A stretch of 64,000 nt of DNA. It comes from Ostrea edulis. Lineage: Eukaryota. The notes under the pieces were generated by a model. It worked only from the letters and a program-made list of their open reading frames with translations, searched no databases and had not been told where the DNA came from. The stretch is from assembly GCF_947568905.1 (NCBI RefSeq), contig NC_079166.1:20584001-20648000 (forward strand), in the 5' to 3' direction. Below are positions 12,877-25,934 of the stretch, piece after piece; position 1 is the stretch's first letter; each line of letters begins with the position of its first letter. The position numbers and the translations under genes are program-made.

Positions 12877-13813
12877 AGGAGCTGATTTTAATCAAATTGA
12901 TTACCTGCTGTACTTTTGGGGTTATAGTTTTTTTTTATGGATGAAAATATAAAAATCAAATTGAACTCTCGTAAGCATTATAACAAACTAGGATTTTTTC
13001 CCCAAAGATTTCAATTTGTTGTTTGTTCGTTTAGGGTTTTTATAATCAATAACAAATGCTAGTTGAAATCACAAATCAATGTATTTATAATTAGTATAAC
13101 GTATTTACGGGGGTCTATATTGAGAGTTCGCGTTATATTCTCTCTATCTTACTTCTCTATTTCTCTCCCACACACTCTGTCTTTCATAATAAAGATCTTC
13201 AGCTGTTTAGTATACTAAATGAACACATGACCTTGATATAATGAAAGCACTTGTAGTTAGGGTTATTTAGCGATACTTGCCCCCGCTAAATGTTGTAATT
13301 AAATGTGGGCAATCAATGTTAATGTTGTGAAAGTAATTAAAAACCATGCTTCTAATAAGTGTTAAATGCTTTGAACTTTACTTTTTCTATGGATTCATAG
13401 AGTTTTGATAAAATACTTTGTGTTGACCTACACACGTATACGGAGACTTGAGAATAAGAAATTAAAGACAACTTTGAGTCGTTTATGAGTCTAGATGCAG
13501 AGGGAAAACGATCGAATGGTAAACTTCTAGTCGCGGCTACTTTTTACCATCATCACTAAATGCATAGCCTTGTCGATAGAGATCACTGGAATTCACTCGT
13601 TAAAAAAAATCTTGATTCTCAATAACAGGTTCGTGAAGATCTTTGTTTCGGTCTGCGTTAATTAGTGTAGGGGGGAGATTAGTGTATCGGAAACCATTTG
13701 GCTAGCGAAGTTGTCTGTTAAAATCATTATTGTAATCATCATTTTCATCATCATTAACACAGAATTCTGTTTTTTAAATTTTCAGTCGACAGAATTTTGA
13801 TTGCTGTCATCAG

Positions 13814-13857
13814 GTTCCGTTGGAGGGTTGTTCACAAGAGAAATGGGCTGGCCACAT
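13814..13857 (+). CDS. RVxF-protein gene, putative exon 2 (FRWRVVHKRNGLAT)
   Basis: CATCAG|G acceptor and CAT|GTAAGT donor; open in the frame that joins exon 1 (phase 2) to exon 3 (phase 1). A stronger-looking acceptor at 13785 does not keep frame. Confidence 0.5.
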
Positions 13858-13935
13858 GTAAGTCAAGCAAAGGGGGGGACAATTCATGTGCATTTTATGT
13901 TCTCCCATAAATGCGCATATGTTTGAGATTATAAC

Positions 13936-14095
13936 CAGTGGCGGATCTAGGGGAGGTTACGGGGGTTCACCTGTCTGGTTGAATGCTTTACTAAAGGTTA
14001 TTTTGTTGTCATTTCGTGGTCTTTAAATCCTTGGAATGTACCCCCCCCCCCCCCCCACACACACACACTTTTGAAAAATTCTGGATCCGCCCCTG
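13936..14095. mobile_element. MITE with 15-bp TIRs and 6-bp TSD
   Basis: TIRs CAGTGGCGGATCTAG / CTGGATCCGCCCCTG; TATAAC at 13930-13935 and 14096-14101. Confidence 0.85.
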
Positions 14096-17000
14096 TATAA
14101 CTATCATTTAGTATAGGAAAGGAAAGGAAAAGCAATGGACATTTGTACTGAATCTCTCCACTTCTATTTTAGGACACCAAATGTGGATCTCAGGTCAGTA
14201 TGTGTGTACAATGTCATTAATAAAATCTTTAAGCTAGTGTCACATCCATGCACGTCTTTTTAGGAGGAGTGGGGGAAAGCAATTCCGCTCGTTAGTAAAG
14301 GCAAACAATGCCGTTCATTATAGGACTGTCTTGCAGACAGTGATCAAAAGAGTTTGAAAAGTTGAGAATTTTGCAATATTTTTCCCATAGAAAAAATGGA
14401 CACCCCCCCCCCCGAAACATTCGTTTGAAGACTTGTTTGATGAAAATTATGTCGAAATAAAAATCATTAGAATACCAACCAAAATAAAATTGAAAAAAAA
14501 AAAAACACGTCGCTTCCGTAGTTTTACTTTATTTTTCTCTCTGACGCACAAAGCGAACCGCTTGAGTTTATGTTTTAAAACCACATAAACATGCTTGTTT
14601 AACTAAACTTTAAAGGATACGTATGCAGCAATGATCATCAAATGATGATGTTGCTTTAAAGTCGCGTAATCTTTTGAAATATTGGGTAAAAGGTGATTTC
14701 CAAAATATGTTAAGAAACTATAAACATTTACTAGTTTATTGATATGGGGGTTCTGTGGTATGCATTCTACGTAGTTTTTTGTTTGTTTGCTTTTTAACCA
14801 TAGAAAGATATTCATTGTCTTTTGTATAATAAAAGTTTTGCCAGAAACGATAAGATTTTTTTCACAGCAATTTAATTTGAAATAATTACAATTTGGTGAC
14901 TTAAACTCATACAATGACGTGTGAATATTTGAACAAATTCCGTACACCCGGTAAATATTTACCATTTCCCGTTCTGGCTGAGAAGTCTCAAGAGAAAAAA
15001 GCAAGTGTAGGTTAGAATAACAAAAAATAATGATGATGACAATGATGATGATGATAAATTAAATTTTAAAAAATGTAAGATAAAGAAAAATCTAAAGAGG
15101 GTCAAAGCCATGACAGAATTATCACGGAGAAGTGTCCTAATTGATATTTACGACTAAAAAAAAAAAAAACTAAGAATGACGGCAGGGTATATTAGAATGT
15201 TCTGCAGTAAACTAACAGTGTTTTGGATTAGAATCTCAGTTTCGGATATAGCGAATATAAATGTTGATGACAAAACTTTTCTGTAAATGAGATGAAAATG
15301 ATGCATCCGTTGTTAGAATGTCCCTCATTAAAATGCCCGGGGAATGGAGTCGCAGTAATTAGTGAATAATAATTGATTTTAACGCGCAATAAGTAACGCA
15401 GAGTAACAAACATCCTCTCACTAGGTTTGTATTTTTTTTTATGTAGTGTGATCGGCGACACGAAAACTTACCGCACAAGCAGCAAGGAACGGGAGATAAC
15501 GCCTGCAGTGTTACGCCTAGATGTCGCACCACGCCGAGACGACAGAGGTTACCCCGCTTTGTTTAAATCATGCATTGATTGTATGCCATTCGCATTTTTC
15601 TTTATTTTAGATTTTTTGTTATTTTAGCAACTACTCAGTTCTATAGGACTGGACATTCATCATATATACTTAACATACATTGTAGGTTACATGTATCCCG
15701 TGTTGATTTCATTTACTGCATGATCAATTCGTTCAGTGGTGAGAATCGACGAAAGTATTTTATACTTTTTGTTTCGAAAATTCAAGATTATCTTCATTCC
15801 TCATATCTAATTGCGGCTCTTATAACAGAATTCACTCAACAGGAACTTTGTCAAGACATTATAAGTTTTGATGTAACTCAATATTTACATTTAGAATGTT
15901 CTTGCCTTCGATATCTTTCCAAATTGTATTGATTGCCATTTCCTCATGTAGTACGTCTATTTCAACGGTTGGGAATTTCAGCAGAAATGGAAGTAGACTG
16001 TAAATATAAAAGATATAATTTTGATTTTTGACTATACATGAGGATATGAACTGAGACGCCACACCCCGGCACGCTTCATAAGGCGCGTTATCCCTCGCAA
16101 AAGAGTAGCGGAAGAATGTTGCATACATAACTTGTTCGTTGAATTTTGGTCGTTCAATTTTTGTCAGACTTGTCCGATTTTTGCCAGACTTACATTTACA
16201 AGGTTATATTCACGTGTGTAATTTGCCCACATTCAATGAAAAATGATTTCGCCCATATTTCCATTCGCCTGAAGTAGTGAATGAAATGTACATTCTCACA
16301 GTTTCCAAATTAAACGAAATAATTGATTACATATTCAACGTTCTCAAGATTTCAATTATTCAATTCTTTCTTTCTTTTTTACCAATTGTAATGGCAGCTA
16401 TTTCCTCCTGTATGCGATACAGTTGTGACAAATGTGCCTATTAATCTATAAATGTACATGAAGTATGTCTATTATAACGATAAGGAATTCCGAAAGAAAT
16501 GAAAGTATAATGAATATATATATATATAATAAATTTCATATTTTGAAAATACATGCTAACGTGCTTCATGAAGTATGCTGTGATAAAACGTCGCAGATCA
16601 TGCTCTCATGTATCTTAAAAAATGAAATTCATTTCTAAAGTAACTTCCCGCGTGCGTTTGTTTTATTGATTATGATATCAATAAAATTTCTCCTTATCCA
16701 ATATCAATATATTCTATAAACAGAAATGCACTACTCACTCAAACCTCCTTGAACGGAGTAGGGAGCGGTCATTGTGTCGGCACATGTCAGAGTCGGTATA
16801 TGTGACTCGCATCCTGCACAATTTGTTATCATTGACATTACACAGAAAACAAAGCGATAGAAGAATCATGACTTTTGTTAAGTTATTGTAATGTCTAAGA
16901 ATTCAATAATTGCACAAATACACAAACTCCCCTCTAAAATCCTCATTTTCTGGGCTCCCGGCTGCAATCACGATTTGCCATAATGTGTAAGAAATCTAGA

Positions 17001-17363
17001 CAACAAATGACACATTACGTAAAAGTGTATATTAAGGGGAACTGTTTTCTCAATCTTCCATTTTTCATGTTGATTCAAACCAGAAATTAATCAAATTGGT
17101 CACTTTTATTAAATTTTCAAAGTTACGAATTTCTGCTCCTTGAGACATTCGGTTGTTTTATCGAATAGCTCAGTCAGTGCTGGAATGAAATATTATCGCA
17201 TGCGAAAATGATATTTCCCCATGTCTTTTAATTTGATTTTCAAAGACATGATCGGAGCTTTTTGTCTGGAAAACTCTTAAAATCCAAGCATTGTATCGAT
17301 TACAAATTGAAAGATAAGGAAAATTGGACCGACTTGAGTTTCATATGGATTTTTCATTTTCAG

Positions 17364-18078
17364 GGAATTTCAATTTTGAACAACAAACCAGAGAAACAAG
17401 TGATCAATTGCGTAGAAAATCATGCTGCACTTCTCGGCACAGTATATTTCATCACGAAAATCACGGTGCAGATAATCTCGCAAATTCTCGTTCATTGTGT
17501 GAGGCGCGAAAACCAAAAAGGGTGAGATTTGCTGACGATATAGGGTACAATTTAGAAACCAAGCCTACATCTAGACAGGATTACGAAATCATCACTAATC
17601 CGGAAAACTGGCCTATATTTGAAAACGAGGCAGACTGTGAAGGTCCTGAAGTATTTTGCACATATTTTGGAAACAGAGATAATGCTACGTCTGCAGTGCC
17701 TAGCTATAATTATAAATCTACTTTGCCCAGTCCTTCCATTAGAATGCACGATAACAACCAGGGCATAGACAGGAACCAGAATCACCACGTTCCTCAAGAC
17801 TCCATCTTTAGTAATTATCATTCCCCAATACAAGAAGGGTTTGCAACAGCCGAAAAAGATGTCACTTCTTGTGCCGTCAGAAAACACTCGCATTCTATGA
17901 TTGCCACAAAAGTTATGTCGGGTATGAAAATCATAAAAGGGGAAATGAAACAAATGGTTGCAAAATTCCCGAGGATTCCGAAAACTCTTTCTATGTCGCA
18001 CCTGAGTGACGTCCGCCGCACTATCAACGGTACATCAAACATGAGCGAAAATTCCGGAAAATCGGATCTGCAGAAAAG
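17364..18078 (+). CDS. RVxF-protein gene, main exon 3 (PP1-docking motif KRVRFADDIGYNL, otherwise low-complexity or disordered)
   Basis: Within the 252-codon ORF; acceptor TTTTCATTTTCAG| at 17363 and donor AAAAG|GTAAGA at 18078; motif at 17516-17554. Confidence 0.75.
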
Positions 18079-19584
18079 GTAAGACTTTTCTGAAAAATGG
18101 TTTCATCTATATATAAAATACGTTGTACACAAATATTACAAATAATGAATTACAGGGCAATCGCTGCAGACATAACACACACGCACTTACGTGCACACAA
18201 TTAAAAGAAATATTTCCCCCCAAACAAAAAATAACACAGTACTTGTAGTCGTACATATATGTACCTGTATATACTGGGAAATTAACACAATGGTTTTAAT
18301 TTCACAATATTCGCGATTTATCATTTTCCCGCGAAATCAAACACATGGTGAATAATGCATTAAAATATTTCAATACTTTCGTAATTAAAATTCTAGAAGT
18401 AGATTCTCCTATAACATAAAATTAAGAGTACGGCGATTGTGCTCTTGTAACAAATTACAGTATGCATACGTCACAAGTATTTTTTGAATACTTTTTGAAG
18501 AAAATTAACATAGCAGTTGTCATAGAAAACAAGACACAAATCAGTATGAATTGAAATGGCAATATAAAATTTTCCAGCAAATAAAGTAATCATCGTGTCG
18601 AGTATAAAATATAATTGCACAATTACTGATACACAAATAATTTCGTTTCTTTTATGGTGTCAAGCAAAAAGTAGCAACAACCCGAGTGATATTTAGAAAA
18701 TGAATCATTTCATTCGTCCATAAAACGCACTGACATTCTGATGAAAGTCCCCGAATGATTTTAACGTTCTGCTCGTAAGATCGTGTTATTCTTCATGAGA
18801 GTTACTCACAAGACAATTCCCTATATCCCCAAAGCGGTACTGTCTGTCAACCAAATGGCCGATTTATTCTTCAAACGGCATACATACGTAGCAGTAATTA
18901 ATATTTCAAATGATCGGAAAGAAACTTATTTCTAGAAATGGAAAATTGATACATGTCTAAAGGGAAATCACTGTAAAAGAAAAATCTATAAAAATTAGAT
19001 TCCCCAGTGCATTGATACACCTCAGAAGCGCTCTTCGCTTACACTTGCCGAGAGAAATCAAATTGTCTTCTCTTGCTTTATTTAACAGTGCCTAAAAACC
19101 TCCATTATGTACGATCTGCGCTTGAATTATGATGTTGTGAAACGAAATCTCAATGGTCTTTTTATCTTGTTAGATTTTCAAACATTGTCACCATCGCTAG
19201 ACAAATCACTTCGTCAGTTGCTAATGTGGTTACGCAGAACTCACCAATGTTCCATATAGGCCTCTGTTAGATATTAAAGCACGTGACCTTATGAAGGGTG
19301 ACAGTCTTGGTTATTTGGACTGCAATGCCTCCTGGGAACGGTGTGCGTGTTAATGGAGAAATCTTATGTGTGAACATTATTTTACAGCGCTTGATCATCT
19401 TCATTGTTAATAAGTTAGGAAATCAATATGAATTGTTCCGAATCGTTTCAAATTCTTAGGAAAACTATTTCAGTTTATGGGCTGTTAGATCAGAAAACAC
19501 CAATATAATATTCAGAACTGTACGTATGTTTGCCTTTACACGTGCCGCCAGTTTATGTGCTCGCGGTAAATTACCGGTAGACAC

Positions 19585-19695
19585 AGCTGGTGTGACCGGT
19601 GAACAGAGGGTATGACCTCCGGGAGATCCAGGGTCTGTGTTTGTCCTTCTCGTAAGGTTGTATTCCTCATAGGTCGCTGTTCGTTACTTGTTCAT
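19585..19695 (+). mobile_element. PLE 3' module fragment (degenerate)
   Basis: GGTGTGACCGGT..CAG..ATCCAGGG.CTGTGTTTG..CTGTTCGTTA matches the recurrent module. Confidence 0.6.
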
Positions 19696-19789
19696 TTTTG
19701 TAAAATGAGGTCAGAATATGTAAGAGAGGAATATTTCGATTTTGTACTTCAAAGAAATGATCATGGGCATAACGAAATGGAGGGAACAT

Positions 19790-21087
19790 TACATCTGTAA
19801 GGATGTCAGGACATTACTGTTGTAAAGATTGGGGTATAACATTGTCAGGATATTACATCTGTAAAGGTTAGGGGTCATATTGCCAGAATATTACATTTTA
19901 ACATTTTAGGAGTCATATTGTCAGAATATTACATCTGTGACAGTTAGGGGTCATATTGTCAGGATATTACATCTGTAAAGGTTAGGGGTCATATTGTCAG
20001 GATATTACATTTGTAAAGGTTAGGGGTCATATTGTCAGTATATTACATTTTAAAATTCTAGGAGTCATATTGTCAGAATATTGCATCTGTGACAGTTAGG
20101 GGTCATATTGTCAGTATATTACATTTTTGAAGGTTAGGGGTCATATTACCAGGATATTACATTTTAACATTTTAGGAGTCATATTGTCAGAATATTGCAT
20201 CTGTGACAGTTAGGGGTCATATTGTCAGTATATTACATTTGTGAAGGTTAGGGGTCATATTACCAGGATATTACATTTTAACATTTTAGGAGTCATATTG
20301 TCAGAATATTACATCTGTGACAGTTAGGGATCATATTGTCAGGATATTACATTTGTAAAGGTTAGGGGTCATATTGTCAGGATATTACATTTGTAAAGGT
20401 TAGGGGTCATATTGTCAGGCTATTACATTTGTAAAGGTTAGGGGTCATATTACCAGGATATTACATTTTAACATTTTAGGAGTCATATTGTCAGAATATT
20501 ACATCTGTGACAGTTAGGGGTCATATTGTCAGGATATTACATCTGTAAAGGTTAGGGGTCATATTGTCAGAATATTACATCTGTGACAGTTAGGGGTCAT
20601 ATTGTCAGGATATTACATCTGTAAAGGTTAGGGGTCATATTGTCAGGATATTACATTTGTAAAGGTTAGGGGTCATATTGTCAGGCTATTACATTTGTAA
20701 AGGTTAGGGGTCATATTGTCAGGATATTACATTTGTAAAGGTTAGGGGTCATATTGTCAGGCTATTACATCTGTAAAGGTTAGGGGTCATATTACCAGGA
20801 TATTACATCTGTAAAGGTTAGGGGTCATATTACCAGGCTATTACATCTGTAAAGGTTAGGGGTCATATTATCAGGTTATTACATCTGTAAAGGTTAGGGG
20901 TCATATTGTCAGTATATTACATTTTAAAATTCTAGGAGTCATATTGTCAGAATATTACATCTGTGACAGTTAGGGGTCATATTGTCAGTATATTACATTT
21001 GTGAAGGTTAGGGGTCATATTACCAGGATATTACATCTGTAAAGTTTAGGGGTCATATTGTCAGGTTATTACATTTTTAAAGGTTAG
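19790..21087. repeat. ~38-bp minisatellite (~33 units) with partial trimeric higher-order structure
   Basis: Consensus GTTAGGGGTCATATTGTCAGGATATTACATTTGTAAAG; variant monomers recur at ~115-116 bp spacing around 20050-20400. Confidence 0.95.
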
Positions 21088-21520
21088 GGACATTTAATTT
21101 CAGCAATCTCAATGCCCTCGCTAATAATGCCAAAATTAAGCCATCGCTAAATTTTTTACTTAAACGCTGTTACAACTGTAAATGTTAATGGGCAACATCA
21201 TCAGGAAATAACAACTATTAAGGTTAGGATGTAACATTATCTGAATATTGACTGAGGTGTAATGTGGTATAAGCTTTTGAGACTATCCATGTCTTCTTCT
21301 CGCTGTATTTACCCTTTTCAAATATTGACCGGATACACTGTGAAGAAAAGCTGTTTTTTCTTCTTCTTTTCTGCAATATCTTTGAATTCTGCAATATCTT
21401 TGAAAGAAAGAATATTAATCAAAGTTCTGCAAAAACGACATTCGTCTGTGCATTTTTTCTGAAACAGCGTACAGTTAGTGAATCACCATGATCAATTAAA
21501 AAGTTATTAATTAATTTCAG

Positions 21521-21569
21521 ATACATGGAAGGTCCCCCTGAACCAGGCGTGAGGAACCACACACAGTGA
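21521..21569 (+). CDS. RVxF-protein gene, putative terminal exon (RYMEGPPEPGVRNHTQ*)
   Basis: TTAATTTCAG|A acceptor completes the phase-2 AG codon; TGA at 21567-21569. The four exons total 822 nt (273 aa). An alternative phase-compatible exon lies at 19174-19270. Confidence 0.5.
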
Positions 21570-24500
21570 TCACGAGTGTCTCAGCGGCGGCAATTCTACT
21601 TACAAAAAATATAGAATATGTAATACCGAGTTTAGATAAAGCTGCATGAATTCTTTATTTCGTTGCATTTTTTGTCACTGGTCCAAAGCCTGATTGATAG
21701 TAACTGTTTTAAAGTGATCTGCTGAGAAACTATTTGTTTCGGATATCAGCTTCAATATGCGAGTAAGAGAAATAACGAGTTGTATTACATCATGTGATTA
21801 GGTGTAGTCGTCACGCTTTTCCCATAATTCAATTTGACCATAAAGAGTATTACTTTTACATCAGCCTTATACACAAACTTAATGCAATATACTGACGAAA
21901 ACAAGATGGCTGATCTTTTGATTCTTATGGATTTTAGAAGGGCTTCCAATGCTATGGTATGGGGATCTAAATTACGAGCAAAGGCGGGTGTTGAAATTCG
22001 TTGACACTGGTGACTCAACAAAATAAGGTTGTGATAATTCACCCACCATATCATACATTTACATATGTAACGCATGATCGGAAAGATGAAATGGAAATCC
22101 AGACTATACAATCTCTATTGTTGCCTGTCCTTTATGTTTTGTTGTTGTTTTCCCCCATTGTTCTCGACGTGACCTTCAAAGAGGCCGTCTTTTCAAGTTC
22201 ATTTATTCACCTACACCATCCATCAGTGGTACATGAGGTACAATAAATAATAAAAGATAATGGTAAGTCATCTTAATGAATCTTTTCCAACAAAGGATTT
22301 TTTGGACGTTTTGAAACAGGTCGGTCTTTTCCGATGATTTAAGTTGTTTTGGACGTACAATTAACTTTAAAAGATTAGTCTTGTTCTTTTTCTTGAGGAG
22401 TCAAGGTCATATGCGGTAGTGTAAGTAATTTGTTCTGAACGTGGAATTTTTTAACCTTGGACAATTTGGCTTCGAACTTGGAACGTTCGAATATGCGCAT
22501 TGAGAGTGTTAGGTGCATGGTTCAAGATATTGAAAGAAACACAAAACGTCATGGTTTTTTTTAATTCTTCTTTCACAGGTCATATAATTGATACTTTGTC
22601 TCCAGGGCAGAGTTTTTAACCTCTTTATTCTGTGTGCTGATGTACTTGCACATGTGATTAGATTTAGGGATTTAAAAAAATATTTACATTCCGCCATGAT
22701 TCTGAATTGTGTTGTAGGAAAGTAACATCAGTGTGACATCACAATGGAGAAATGGAATTCATGTCGACATCACAATGCCACAGCACACGACACTTACACA
22801 TAATATTTATATCCCTGTACCAGCTTCCGTTAGTGACGTATTGTATAATTAATCATTGAATTGTATTTAGTTAAACTTCTTGATGTCAATTCAAAGAAAT
22901 ACATGTACGAAGGTATTTTTGAGACGGGCTATATTTTGTGGCGAATGGATGCTTTTCATTAAAAAGATATAAATTTGCAATCAATGATACAAATGACAGA
23001 GCCTTAGAACTTTCTCTAACTATATTAAATCCATTGATGTGGTTGGTGCATTTTTATTTCGAACAGCAAGCAGATTGTTAAAATCGCTCGCATTGATTAA
23101 TCCGCTAGTCTGTGTGAAGTTTGTTTTTGGCTAATGGTTCAGGCAGTTCATCTATTACATTCCCCTGATTTATGTGCTTTGTTAAATTTTTGACATTTTG
23201 GGGATTAACGAAACTAACGATATTTTTCAAAATGATCATTTAACAGTAATTAATTTAATTATTCTTTTAAATGACTATTTGTATATGACAAATGTTTGTT
23301 TAATTAAAGTATGAAAGAGTTATTACATAATTTTCAATCCATCCATATCAAACTCCTTAAGCTTCATATATATATTGTTGAAGGTATGGCGAGTTTTTGT
23401 AATGGTTGATTTACAATGTTTGTAACAGACAAACATTGTTTTATGTGAATAAATCACAAGTAAATTTTAGGTGCAAAAAGGTCAAGCTAAACACATCACC
23501 ATAGACAATAAGTAATATAGGTCCATTCTCTTCTATTGTTTTCATGATAATCTATCAATTCAAGAAACGAGAAAATATATATTACAAAAATGAGAGACAT
23601 TACAACACAGCTGAAAGAAAACTGACTGACGAATTTCATCATCTGTCTATCCACCTAGAGATTTAATGCATGTAGATCTACCATCAACACCTTCACGGCC
23701 ACGAGTTACAAACGAACCTACGACTAAGACCAATATCTGTTATTTTATTCTTAACGTTGGTTAAATTGTGAATAAGAAGAATTTACTCGTGTAATTTTTG
23801 TATATAAGTAATCTTACATTTAGTTATCTGACTTAACGAGTTTTATAACTATGCAACGGTTATAGTCTTAGTTGTAAATTCCTTTGTAGAACTGCAAAGA
23901 AAAAAAAAGTCAAAGAATAAGAATAATTCAAGTAAGTATTGAGATAATGAGGTCACACATGCTCTCTCTTATCTCTCTCTCTCTCTCTCCCGCATTACTA
24001 ACACAGAATTTTCTTGATTTCAGTACATACATGTACATATAAGTAATTCACCACACCATACAATCAAGTCATACATGTATATAGACAATCAAAAGAACAT
24101 ATTGATAAAAGAAATGCCTCACACATTCTCACAAAAACTAAGTTATCATAACCATTTGCTGTATTTAACAAGGATGTGGGAAGCAGCAACGTTGAAAACG
24201 AGGGAGATCAGACCCGGAAGGTGGAGGCTGTGTTTCGCAGACATCCTAGTTAATTCCTTGGTAACGTTTGATACATGTTATAAGTAAGGCTGTGTTATTG
24301 TTGTTAAATTTCAACTGAAATTTAAGTCCATTGCAACACCTCTTTGGTTTGTACTCAACCTCACCATTGTCTGTTCCGGGTTGCACCTTCTCATTCTCCT
24401 CAAAGCACCTTTTTGAAATTTCAGTCTTTGGCTGTAAAGAGTGTAAAGAGAGCTTTGTGTGAGAAGAATAAACTCTAAATGGACTCAATGATATGTAAAT

Positions 24501-24603
24501 ATAAAGCTTGTTAAACAGTGTTATCCTCAATGTGAAAATCTCGTTATGGGGGTCCTAATGACATGTAAGTCTAAGAATGTCCTTCAGTCGATGTTAAACT
24601 GAA

Positions 24604-24866
24604 TACAGTAAACCATGGTTATAGCGAACCTCCAAGGCCAACAAAAACAGTTCGTTATAACCAAACTTCATTATACAGTAAAACATGGTTATAGTGAACC
24701 TCCAAGGCCAACAAAAACAGTTCGTTATAACCAAACTTCATTATACAGTAACACATGGTTATAGCGAACCTCCAAGGCCAACAAAAACAGTTCGTTATAA
24801 CCAAACTTCATTATACAGTAAAACATTGTTATAGCGAACCTCCAGGGCCAACAAAACAGTTCATTA
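24604..24866. repeat. 70-bp tandem repeat (~3.7 copies) resembling a Tc1/mariner-pogo MITE end
   Basis: Units start TACAGTA at 24604, 24674, 24744 and 24814 and read TA-CAGTAAAACATGGTTATAGCGAAC...TTCGTTATAACC. Confidence 0.9.
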
Positions 24867-25502
24867 TATTCAATATATTTTAGCGATTGTTCTCCCATAA
24901 GGGAATACGATATCAAATGTTCTCTGTGATCGACTGAAACTCAAAATCTTGACATACGTTATGTTTAGACCCCTCTCTCTGCCTGAGACACAGAACTTGA
25001 TTTAAAGATGTCGAAATCGCCATGTATTGTAGAGATCGTCAATTCGATTACCTATAAAACAACTGATTTTACTTACCATACATCTAAATACATATCCAAA
25101 CGCGTGATTGACAGGATACACAGCTACGTCTTCTAACGATTTACAACATTGAAAGGAAGAGCAAGGAATTGTGGGTGGTGCAGCGTAGGCAAGAGTACCA
25201 TTGCAGCAAGGACCTTCTGTTAATTGTGGCTGCGTTACATCCCAAACCTGCAGAAAGTTAATATAGAATAAATAACGTTCTCAGATTCCTTACTTTCATG
25301 TGTTTCATAATATATACCATCATACTTCTGAAAAAATTTCACCTTTAACCTAAAAGCTATAGAGAAGGGAATGTTTAATTAATATATGTTTTCACTACTC
25401 ATTATTGGGCTCAAGATTTAAGGAAGGTACTGCTATAAACCTCAAATGAATCGATAACGTGGACCATTGAATGTTATTTCCATACTGTCAACATTACATT
25501 TT

Positions 25503-25685
25503 CAGTGGCGGATCCACAAACTTTTTAATGGGGAATACGACCCAAGTTTGTACCTTTTTCGCCCAAGAAAGGGGGATTGAAGACCCCAAAATGGCAAGAC
25601 ACGACCTGCTTTATAAACAAAAAATTCAACTGGGGGTGGGGGGGGGGGGTGCAACTTTCGCAACACTCCCCTAGATCCGCCAATG
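25503..25685. mobile_element. MITE of the CAGTGGCGGATC family
   Basis: CAGTGGCGGATCCAC ... CTAGATCCGCCAATG termini; no clear TSD. Confidence 0.7.
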
Positions 25686-25934
25686 TGTATTCATGAACAT
25701 GTGTATATGTTACAAAACGGCAGTTCGTAAATATGCGGACACTTCAGATTTCCTATGGTATTTACTTTGTTGTCTATCATTTGAAATTTCTTTCCCAATT
25801 CAATTTTTTCCTGTGTTTTTAAACAAAACCTACACATCTAACATTTCTTATTTTGTCTTTTAAAAAGTATCCGTTGAATAATCAATAAACATGAACTGAA
25901 TACTACACTGATAACAACCTACAAACGTAACCAT

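Noticed and set aside
17516-17600. GADD34/PPP1R15 or PPP1R3 orthologue assignment
   Set aside because: Only the RVxF-type motif matches; there is no eIF2alpha-binding motif or CBM21 domain, so no gene symbol was given.
17552-18042. Minus-strand ORFs of 149 and 74 aa
   Set aside because: Antisense shadows of the RVxF exon, with no motifs.
19790-21087. Interstitial telomere or G-quadruplex array
   Set aside because: TTAGGG occurs once per 38-bp unit, not in tandem, and the G-runs are too far apart.
22260-22700. Possible first exons (ATG|GTAAGT plus at 22260; ATGGCGGAAT|GTAAAT minus at 22697)
   Set aside because: No downstream exon could be linked, and such donors are expected by chance in AT-rich DNA.
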